The notes below the pieces were generated by a model. That model did not search any database, was not told the origin of the DNA, and saw only the letters and a program-made list of their open reading frames with translations. From Andalucia godoyi And28 (lineage: Eukaryota; Protista; Jakobida): 64,000 nt of DNA. The DNA lies in NCBI GenBank assembly GCA_009859145.1, contig VRVR01000016.1, positions 214,855-278,854 on the forward strand, given 5' to 3'. Numbering within the stretch: position 1 is the first letter of the stretch; every line of letters starts with the position of its first letter. The translations under genes and the position numbers were made by a program. Shown piece by piece: positions 43,045-51,469 of this stretch.

Positions 43045-43597
43045 TCCGACAGAACTGCGGAATCGAAAAACGCTCTGGAAAGGTCTTGCAAATTGCGGCC
43101 CGCGTGAGAAGAATTTCAGAGTTCGGAAACGTGGAAGCTGGACAACTCGCTGAAAAAAAAAAAAAGGAGCACCAAACGAAGTCCAAACTCCGAAAGTCTA
43201 CAACAGCTTCACTCCCAACGCGCAGTCGCCTGTCCTGCCTGTCCACTGATTCGTGGTCCGGCGGTGGTCGTTAGATGCTCCACGCTAAGAAAGACACGGG
43301 CCCACGGCAGACCACTGTTTCTTAAATATCTGATGCTGCTACCGCAGTGGGAACGCCGTACGATCTCACGAGTCACCACGACAGTCGTGGAATCGTCTTG
43401 TTTTACTTTTTACTTCTTTTTGCTTTGCAAATCAAAGAAAAGAAAAGAAGAGGAGGGAAAAAACCGCTTCAGCACTCGAGCACAGTGGAGACCGCACGTT
43501 GGTACCAAACTCGTTTATTGGAATACTATCAAAAGCAAAATTTCGCTGTGATCTTTTAGCAGCCTGGGAAAGTTGCAAATTCGATGCGAGTCAGAAT

Positions 43598-45541
43598 ATG
43601 AGAATACACGACAACAAAGTGCATTCTGAGACGTCCGTAGAGGAAAAAGAAAGCAAAAACCATCAAGATGAACAGGATGACGAAGAAGATGACGAGATCG
43701 CCGTTGATGCTGTTCTGAAAGCAAAACTTCTGAATCATCCACCAAATCTCGTTCGAGACCTCCTATCATATGTTCGTAAGGATGATTTCCTTGGCTTCGC
43801 AGTAGCTGCAAGAAAAATGGGCATCATGCAAGACAACGATGCTCTGCGCTCCAGCACAAAAGGCACGGAAGCATACAGACACGCACAGGGTGAACGGGTG
43901 AGCTTGTGTCTGTCCTATGTGCTGACGAACATGTTCATCATTATTCCTGGAAAGGCAATTCTACTGATATTCAACATCTGTATGATCGTCAGCTCCCTCC
44001 AACAGTGGAATGACAACGGTTTTGCTGTCATTCCTGAAGACACGAAGACGCGGCTGCAGGATGTGTTTCGAGAGACCTTCGGACCCGTTGTAGGAGAGTG
44101 GCTTGCGGTCTCCATGGAGAGTCTTCAGAATGTCGCAGATCACCTCAACTTTCTAAAGGCTTGGAACTGGGATTGCGGGGGAGTGCTCTCTCTGCTGGAA
44201 TGGCTGCTCCTTGTCGCAATGCTGCTCTTACTTTTTCTTTTCATGTCTACAGACTGCTTCTTTTGGATCGCCCTGAAAAGCAGAAAGTTTCGAATCGGAC
44301 GGCCAGCTCTTGTGAAATTCGTTGTACTGCTTGTGAACACTCTAATCACCCAAATTGTATACATTGCACTTCAGGTGGCGATCCTGCTGATGCACCACGT
44401 TGCTGTGGATCTCATTTTCGGGGGACAAGAAGACTGTTCGCTGCTGGACCGCATTTTGCTGATTGCATTTGCACGCTTCATCGGAATCATTACAGCGCTG
44501 TGGGCAACTCTGTTCTTCCTCGAACTCTTCGCAGGAGCAAATTTGGAAGACATGATGTACACAATCGTTTTGTTCAAGGTCATGCGGATGACAAAAACCG
44601 AATTTGTCAAGTTGGTCAAAGGTGTCAAAGACTCTGCTGTGCGAGTGGCACTGCTCTCACTCGGTGCGTGGAACAAGACTCTGGATGAATCATTCCAAAT
44701 CGCGAAAAAAGCACAGGAGTTTGATGACGATCCTACCGACGACGACAATTGCCACGAGACGGTGATTGAACTCACAAGCAAGCTTCGAACAGTGATTTGG
44801 CTCTTTCTTCCAATGCTGGTCTTCATGGCCAAGTTGGGAGAAGCAACCAACCAGCCTCCAATTTTGATCAGAACCTCGTCGATTCTCTTGCGAACTCCAT
44901 ATTGCGTCCGCAGAATTCTGCATATCCTGAACCTCCTTCTCTTGGCCTTTACCTTCGTCATCGTTTTTTACCCCGCAAACAGTATAGTCATCATCTTGTT
45001 CGCAGTACTCGGCATCTGGTTCGTGTACGACTCTGCAGTGCAATCCTGGTGGATTCTCGACAAGCAGTCCTTTGAATCGCGCTTGTACAATTCGCAAGAG
45101 AAACAGAGACTAATAGCAAGTGCCCTAATCTGCAATGTTTCCGATGAGAACGTGGGACCAGGAATGACTGTCCAAGAAGAGCCGGGGAAACCTACCGCAG
45201 GAGGCGAGGAAGCACGAGGACAAGAACAAGAGGAGTACCGTTGGGCTTTCGGAGAGAGCGCGGACTGCTACGGTGATGATTCTGCCGACAGGGAAGAGGA
45301 GGAGGATCGAAAGCACTTTGCAGGCCACAACGATCCAGAACAACAGGAGCCAACGCCGAGTGCTTCACGGACCGCGTACACAAACAGGAGAACCGTGTAT
45401 GCGAGTGTGAATGCGTCCGCGTTCGTGCAAAGAAATCCTGTGTCGCCAAATGCTGCGGCCGCACTGCCGCATCAAAATCAAAATCAAAGTCTTCCTCGAA
45501 AAATAGCAGTTGCATCCAAATTTTCTGTAGGACCACAGTAA
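43598..45541 (+). CDS. Uncharacterised multi-pass membrane protein
   Basis: Long ORF (680 aa from 43499; first ATG 43598) with about 7-8 hydrophobic segments and acidic termini; family not recognised. Confidence 0.7.
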   Translation: MRIHDNKVHSETSVEEKESKNHQDEQDDEEDDEIAVDAVLKAKLLNHPPNLVRDLLSYVRKDDFLGFAVAARKMGIMQDNDALRSSTKGTEAYRHAQGERVSLCLSYVLTNMFIIIPGKAILLIFNICMIVSSLQQWNDNGFAVIPEDTKTRLQDVFRETFGPVVGEWLAVSMESLQNVADHLNFLKAWNWDCGGVLSLLEWLLLVAMLLLLFLFMSTDCFFWIALKSRKFRIGRPALVKFVVLLVNTLITQIVYIALQVAILLMHHVAVDLIFGGQEDCSLLDRILLIAFARFIGIITALWATLFFLELFAGANLEDMMYTIVLFKVMRMTKTEFVKLVKGVKDSAVRVALLSLGAWNKTLDESFQIAKKAQEFDDDPTDDDNCHETVIELTSKLRTVIWLFLPMLVFMAKLGEATNQPPILIRTSSILLRTPYCVRRILHILNLLLLAFTFVIVFYPANSIVIILFAVLGIWFVYDSAVQSWWILDKQSFESRLYNSQEKQRLIASALICNVSDENVGPGMTVQEEPGKPTAGGEEARGQEQEEYRWAFGESADCYGDDSADREEEEDRKHFAGHNDPEQQEPTPSASRTAYTNRRTVYASVNASAFVQRNPVSPNAAAALPHQNQNQSLPRKIAVASKFSVGPQ

Positions 45542-45698
45542 GAACGCGAAGGGATGGCAGGGAAGAGGCGGGCTTGAAGCGAAAGCCATGTAACCGCCAC
45601 TAAATTTTAGTTTCAAGAACAAAAACAACAACAACAACAAAACAAAAAACAAAAAACAAAAAAAAACAAAAAAAAAACTGTGTTACTACGTATTTCAA

Positions 45699-47609
45699 TC
45701 AAGGCTTATACATCACAGCAACCATCAGCCATGTCGCAACCACGTTTTCTGGATACACAAAAACTCTTGTCCTTACGCCAAATCGGACATCCGTTCCACG
45801 AGACCGTATCACGTCATTCCCCACCTGAGACTGCACAAGAATATGAAACATCTTGGACGGGATAATGTGTGAAAACTGCATTGGAAATCCTTTGAAAGAA
45901 TATCCGTCAGGGACAGTATGCTGCACTGCGGCGGAAAAGTCCGAAGAGCTTGTTGGAATGCCGGTGAGCTTCTCTAGTTCATAGGAAGACAGCGCCGACG
46001 AGAGCATGTAGGCAAGTTGTGAGTCGAACAATAAATCACTTGTGGATGGCAGCGGAATTCCTTCGTTCTCTCGGAACTGCACAATCAAACGGCGCATCTC
46101 GGCTTCTATCATCTCCTCCGAAGGGACAACGTTGATGGTTGGGGGCATTAGGGGACACACCAAAGAGCGGTGCGGTTGGATTGGCAAGAGACCTGCGGGC
46201 GGTGCGAATTTCATCCATCGCTCACCTGCTGATTCGAATGAGAAAACAGCATGACGAACAGAGTTGTCCTGGCTGAGATTGGCAAAAAGCTGCGTGTCGT
46301 TGAAAACAGAGTCAATCGTCAAGTAGACAGAGAAGGGCCGAGTGTCACCAGAAGAAAGAGTGATTTTTGCGCCCGAAGACGGCTCCCAGAAACTGATTTC
46401 GGAGATGCTTCTTGTGAGGACCCACAAATGGCCACCCTTATGAGTTGAGGTGGTGCCTGAACAAACCCACGCATCCAATCCGAACCCCAATAACAACGAG
46501 CACAAAAGCAGTGCATGGTTTGCAGTGTCCCCACGAGAGCGACTGAGAAATGCATGCTGGCTGAACCAGATTTCCGCTTGTCCGGCACCTAACTGAGTCT
46601 CCTTCTGCATCGGAATGAGACTGACGAACCTGGATGACTGTCGAGGTGTCTCTAAAAGCCGATCCGTGATCAACGGGCGCACGTACGCGCAAACAGGACG
46701 AGAATGGCCAGATTCAGAGGGAGCAAAGAGCCGCACAAGCCGGTTCTTGTGCGGGTATGCTTTCCACCAATGCTTTGCATAAACAAGCAGGTCTCGCTCC
46801 GCAGCAGACTCCACTGACAACTCTTGTTCAAGCCGATTCTGCAATTCTTCCTCTGACATCACGTGATTTTCCCTCAACTTCGGCAGTATTTCCAATCGAA
46901 GATGCAGTATTCCAGATGGAAGCTGCATGTCTGGGTCCGAAGAGGCAAGCTCCACTGCAATGGAAGATGCTCCTGATTTCAAAACGCGACGCCAGTCCAG
47001 TAGGTGACTGCCGACAAACTCCTGCGTTCGTCCTGCAAGAGTAAGATCGTCTGAGTGTTTGGTGACAACAACATGCAGCAAATCTTTGACATTAACTGGA
47101 TGCTCAGAGACTCCGCAGAGCTGGACCAGAAACTGCTCGTCAAACGAAGGATCCACAGCAACACCCACGGGGTTCGACTGGAATCGCTGGGATCCAAAAC
47201 GGAAGTGAACTGTAAATTTTTGTTTCCCACCAGCTTCCTGAACAAATTCATGTGTAAATGCACGCCCTCCAACCAGATGAATGTGAAGATAGTACTGGTC
47301 GTGCCGCAATCGCGCTTGAATGTTTGAAGGCGCAAAAGCATGCCGAGAATCTGCGCGGAAGAGTGGTTCGCTCAGGGTCGAAGATTGGGACGACGCCTGA
47401 ACAGAAGACAGGAGCTGAGAAAGAACGCCTTTTTCTTGCAAAAGAGAAAGGATCTTTTCTTTGGAGTGATCGCCCTCTTGCAGCAATTCAGAAGCCAGTA
47501 TTGACCGGATTTGAGAATAAACTCCTTGTGTTCGAAGATGCTTGTCAATCGCGCTTCTTAACTCGGAAAGCTTGTCATTTGGAATTCGGGAACTCGACGA
47601 TTGCTCCAT
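45699..47609 (-). CDS. CEP76: Centrosomal protein of 76 kDa
   Basis: N-terminal ELRSAIDKHL ... VYSQIRSIL, C2 domain (LHIHLVGGRAF, FDEQFL, LLDWRRVL), transglutaminase-like HALLLCSLLLGFGLDAWV, FKGFP, RVFVYPENVVATW. Confidence 0.9.
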   Translation of the reverse strand: MEQSSSSRIPNDKLSELRSAIDKHLRTQGVYSQIRSILASELLQEGDHSKEKILSLLQEKGVLSQLLSSVQASSQSSTLSEPLFRADSRHAFAPSNIQARLRHDQYYLHIHLVGGRAFTHEFVQEAGGKQKFTVHFRFGSQRFQSNPVGVAVDPSFDEQFLVQLCGVSEHPVNVKDLLHVVVTKHSDDLTLAGRTQEFVGSHLLDWRRVLKSGASSIAVELASSDPDMQLPSGILHLRLEILPKLRENHVMSEEELQNRLEQELSVESAAERDLLVYAKHWWKAYPHKNRLVRLFAPSESGHSRPVCAYVRPLITDRLLETPRQSSRFVSLIPMQKETQLGAGQAEIWFSQHAFLSRSRGDTANHALLLCSLLLGFGLDAWVCSGTTSTHKGGHLWVLTRSISEISFWEPSSGAKITLSSGDTRPFSVYLTIDSVFNDTQLFANLSQDNSVRHAVFSFESAGERWMKFAPPAGLLPIQPHRSLVCPLMPPTINVVPSEEMIEAEMRRLIVQFRENEGIPLPSTSDLLFDSQLAYMLSSALSSYELEKLTGIPTSSSDFSAAVQHTVPDGYSFKGFPMQFSHIIPSKMFHILVQSQVGNDVIRSRGTDVRFGVRTRVFVYPENVVATWLMVAVMYKP

Positions 47610-47977
47610 ATTTTGAAGTATGTTATGTATGTTCTGTTTTCCGTTGCATAAATTTTCGAAGTGAGAAAATCTGCCAGAAAATACCGAACTCTTTTTGGGA
47701 AAGCAGGAAGAAGAAAAGAGAACGCTTGAAACTTCCAGGATGCAGCTGTCCCCAAAGGTTGGCGGGATGACGCCCCCCAGACTGGTGTTTCGAAACTACA
47801 GTAGGGAGAGGGAGCTCCTGTGAGTGCGAGGGACGCCCAGATTGTGCATCCAGTTCGGTGCGTGGTGTGAGGCGAGAGGCCCGATGTGTCACTACAGCGC
47901 TTGTGTGATTTTCGTCAATAGTTGGTGTGGCAATTAATTGTCGCAGACCTTGTCTAGCAGCGGAATCAGTTTTTCAC

Positions 47978-48220
47978 ATGAGTGGCGAGTCCAACCCGTG
48001 TGAATCGCTGTACAATGCATTTGTGAAATGCGTTGAAGAAAAAGGATACAACGAATGCATCATGCCTGAACGGAAAGCGTTTTACAATTGTCTAGTTCAA
48101 TTGAGAAAGTCCACCGAGCAGCGGTCCGTGCAAGCGCGGATCGCTTCTGTTCGAGGAAATGCGTTTCGAGCACCTGACTCTCAGCAGCCATCACAGTCGC
48201 AGACCTCGGGCACCCAGTAA
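47978..48220 (+). CDS. Small twin-cysteine (CX9C...CX10C) CHCH-like protein
   Basis: MSGESNPCESLYNAFVKCVEEKGYNECIMPERKAFYNCL; ATG after an oligo-T/CAC context; 80 aa. Confidence 0.62.
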   Translation: MSGESNPCESLYNAFVKCVEEKGYNECIMPERKAFYNCLVQLRKSTEQRSVQARIASVRGNAFRAPDSQQPSQSQTSGTQ

Positions 48221-48481
48221 TGCAGGTGTAACTGATGTGTGTGTGTGTGTGTGTGTGTTTGTGCGCGAGTGTGTGTGACCGATTTTCGATTTCGTGGCGA
48301 ACATCCAGTAACACCCCGATACTCGGCATATGCAAATCATTAGATCTGTACATAAACTTTTACCATCAGAAAATCGTCTTTCTTTTTTGTTTCTAAATAC
48401 AAAAGACACGCAACACAGACGCAATAATTATTCTGCATTCTTTGGGAGAGAAATGTGAGCAGAAGTTGAGCAGTCCACACT

Positions 48482-49090
48482 TCACAGCGGAACATCGCTG
48501 TTGGATGCAGCCTCGTTGTTGCTTGTGTTGCTAGCCTTGGATTTGCTTGCGGAATCTTCTCTAAGTTTCTTCAGCACTTGTCGCGAGGCACGGAGGACAC
48601 GATTCTTTGGCTCCTCGACTTCGGAGACTGGTGTCGAAGTTGATTTCGCCCAAAGCAATTGGGTGTATCGCCGCTCGCTCTTTTCCATGATGCGGATGTC
48701 GTGGCGCTCAATGCTCAGACGAACTAAGTCCCCTTTTGATGCACGAACATTCTCTGGAGTTAATCGTGAAAGAAACTGAAAGTGAGATCCTCGCGCAGCG
48801 GCACTTGAGGAAATGCGAGATGCGGTTGCTGAGACATCAGAATATTTATAGTTGTTGTTATTGTTGTTTGTTTGTTTTTTAAACCAGAATGAAAACGTTA
48901 GCAAATGTGTGTGTGCACGCAGCCTGCATGAGACAGAGTGAGTTTCTAGAGCAAGCACATACCAAGTCTTGAGAAAATCATATCCGATGTTATTAAAAAA
49001 AAGAAGATAATCCCGCGTAACGAATAAAAATGTGAAAGCTTCAGTTCTATGTTGTTTTGCAAGGAGAAGGAAGACAACACGAAACATCAT
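48482..49090 (-). CDS. Possible small spliced gene of unknown function
   Basis: Open frame containing a GTATGT donor near 48961, a GCTAAC branch-like motif and AG acceptors near 48836/48781. The C-terminal part looks protein-like. Model not resolved. Confidence 0.35.
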   Translation of the reverse strand: MMFRVVFLLLAKQHRTEAFTFLFVTRDYLLFFNNIGYDFLKTWYVLALETHSVSCRLRAHTHLLTFSFWFKKQTNNNNNNYKYSDVSATASRISSSAAARGSHFQFLSRLTPENVRASKGDLVRLSIERHDIRIMEKSERRYTQLLWAKSTSTPVSEVEEPKNRVLRASRQVLKKLREDSASKSKASNTSNNEAASNSDVPL

Positions 49091-49257
49091 CCGGATTCAC
49101 AAAAAAACGTGAGCTGTTCTCTCTCGCTGTCGGTCATTTTTTCAAACTGATTGATTGAGCAGCAGCCCAACAGCCCAACAACCCAACAGGCACCGAACTG
49201 GGATGCAACTGAATCTGCCGTAGCCCAATACTCGAAAGACGTACTTGGGAGAAACCA

Positions 49258-50634
49258 ATGAAAAACGACAGCAAGAACCCCCCCATGGACCGAGATGTCA
49301 ATTCACGGAGCTTCCGAAAAGTGGGTCATGCTTCGACTTTGAAGTCCGAAGTCCGAAGTCCAAACCAAAGCTCGCCCAATTCGCAATTACTGTCCAGTCC
49401 GCACTTAATAGACGGACATACACAAGTCGCTATCCCCATCGCTGTTCTCGAGCAGCATTGTGATTTTAGCTGGTCTGCACGATTTGAAGATCGTTTGAAT
49501 ACGAGGCGGGAAGTTTTTCACTCTGTTAACGCGCACACAAGACAAACAATCATTCGTGCATTCACTCAGACACTCAGACATTCATTCAGATATCCCAAGG
49601 TACACATGGCGGAAGATGCATCCAGTGGATTTCGATGGGTCCTGGCAACGTCATACATTGTTCTCTTCTTAATCCATGCTTTTCAATTCATTCGCCACAT
49701 GCTATTGCTGAAAGGATCAGGCTATGCACTGAAGTCTTTGTATGGTTTGCTTGCGGCTTCCAGTTTTTGTCGAATACTTCAGTTCACATTGTTTGCGCTT
49801 TCGACTTTTCAACAAGAAGCCACTGCCGGGTTTCTCATCACGTTTTCTGCATCCGTTTGCTACTTTACCGCCTACATGTTTTTGGTGTATTATTCTGGAG
49901 AAGGATATATTGTGGGAAGCTTCAAATTTCACGAGCGTCAAAAGGTAGTGCGTCGTATTTTCCACATCTTGATGCTGCTTTTTTATGTCCTTTGTATTTC
50001 CTTCATGATTGTGGTGATTGAGTTGGATCTTTCGAGGGCAACACGTTTTAAAACCTCGGTGCTTGGTACTGCTCTCGGTTGTCTGGTGTGCATGATTGGA
50101 TTTATGTTCCTGGCCATTGTGTTGCAAACGGGAAAGAGTGAATGTACCGCTGTGCATATTGTCAAGAACCGCCGAAAAATCTGGATTATTGCTGTCATTT
50201 GCTGCATTTCTTTCTTCTGCAGATCTTTATATCTCTTGTTTTGCGGTATATATCCCGAAGAGGTCCAGGATCCCCATCATCCTGAATATGAGTTTTTGTA
50301 TTATCTAGTGTCTGAAATTATACCGTCGCTTGCAGTGCTTGTTATCGCTGGAAAGCTCTCGAACAACCAGATGCGGAAGATGACAAATCGTGCTGGTAAT
50401 GCTGCAAATACCAGAAAGACTCTGTTCTCTGTGCCGGTGGATGATATCACGGTCAACCAGCTTCCTCCGTCGAGCAATCGGGCATCAATTCTATCTGGCG
50501 CAGAAACTGTCGATCAGGATTCTGAGAACAAGAGCATTGAAGGAGAAAAAGAAATGTTGATCGCTCCTTCGCGATCAAGCAACTATGGAGCATTTTCCAA
50601 GCTGACAATAGACATCCCAGAGAGCGATCCGTGA
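49258..50634 (+). CDS. GPR137/TOM1(THH1)-like 7-TM protein (DUF1084)
   Basis: Seven TM segments; RRKIWIIAVICCISFFCR and YYLVSEIIPSLAVL. Confidence 0.7.
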   Translation: MKNDSKNPPMDRDVNSRSFRKVGHASTLKSEVRSPNQSSPNSQLLSSPHLIDGHTQVAIPIAVLEQHCDFSWSARFEDRLNTRREVFHSVNAHTRQTIIRAFTQTLRHSFRYPKVHMAEDASSGFRWVLATSYIVLFLIHAFQFIRHMLLLKGSGYALKSLYGLLAASSFCRILQFTLFALSTFQQEATAGFLITFSASVCYFTAYMFLVYYSGEGYIVGSFKFHERQKVVRRIFHILMLLFYVLCISFMIVVIELDLSRATRFKTSVLGTALGCLVCMIGFMFLAIVLQTGKSECTAVHIVKNRRKIWIIAVICCISFFCRSLYLLFCGIYPEEVQDPHHPEYEFLYYLVSEIIPSLAVLVIAGKLSNNQMRKMTNRAGNAANTRKTLFSVPVDDITVNQLPPSSNRASILSGAETVDQDSENKSIEGEKEMLIAPSRSSNYGAFSKLTIDIPESDP

Positions 50635-50683
50635 AGAAGGCGGTAGGAACCCCCACTAAGTTTATTTTTCGTAATTGAATTGG

Positions 50684-51040
50684 TCAGGACTGCGTGATCT
50701 TCCTTTGGATTTCGGTGATTTGTTGCTTTAACCGGTCTATTTGCTGTTGATTCGCGGCAAATCCCGCTCCATCAGTCAGTTGAAAGTTGTCCACCGGTCG
50801 TCCTGCATAGTGCAGCACTGTTCGATGAATAGCGTAAACAGATTCGTTCCATTTAGAGTGCGATTTTTCCTCCACCGCATCTTTAGTACGTGGAATTTCG
50901 CTGAAGATCCATTGAAATGTCTGTGGGCCGACAGGCTGCTCTCCAAGGTATGCCTGAAAAAGATCTTGTCGAATATAAACGTATGCTACTCCCGCTGTTG
51001 CGAGACCTCCAAGGAATCCGGTGAAATAATTCTGAAACAT
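50684..51040 (-). CDS. Small single-TM protein resembling MICOS Mic12/MIC13 (QIL1)
   Basis: MFQNYFTGFLGGLATAGVAYVYI ... KSHSKWNESV: N-terminal GFLGG TM helix plus a WN motif; 118 aa. Confidence 0.5.
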   Translation of the reverse strand: MFQNYFTGFLGGLATAGVAYVYIRQDLFQAYLGEQPVGPQTFQWIFSEIPRTKDAVEEKSHSKWNESVYAIHRTVLHYAGRPVDNFQLTDGAGFAANQQQIDRLKQQITEIQRKITQS

Positions 51041-51469
51041 GATGCACAAATCACGATAATCCACAACAAGGGCACAAGCAAAAGAGGAGGAGAAGAAAAA
51101 GAAGAAAAGAACTGGGACGCCGGACGGACGCATTCCAAAACATGAAAAGAAAAGAAAACATGCAAAGAATGCTTGTCCGACGGAAAATTGATGCAAGCTT
51201 CTGAGTTCTGCGCATAGCAGGACCTCAAGCGTCGTTTTCTTCCTCTTCCTTTTTATGGTCTACTCGAGGGCTTGCTGCTTTTTTATATTTTTCACATGTT
51301 TTATTTGGGTTTTTTTTGGCTGGGTATTGTTCTGCGTAGGTGCATACTAAGGTGGCATTGGTTGTCTCCGGTCTGAGGGGTGCCTGTGTTATGTAGGATT
51401 CCTACTAAGAGTGTTTTTAACGAATTGACTGTGTGTTTGCCCGACGCAGCCACAGTGAAGGCAGGCAGA

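Noticed and set aside
48918-48930. ATGCAGGC on the minus strand (element right-end motif); similar ATGTAGGC near 45996
   Set aside because: No upstream G-run/CCTA/C-run or TGCAA; one lies in a probable intron, the other inside CEP76.
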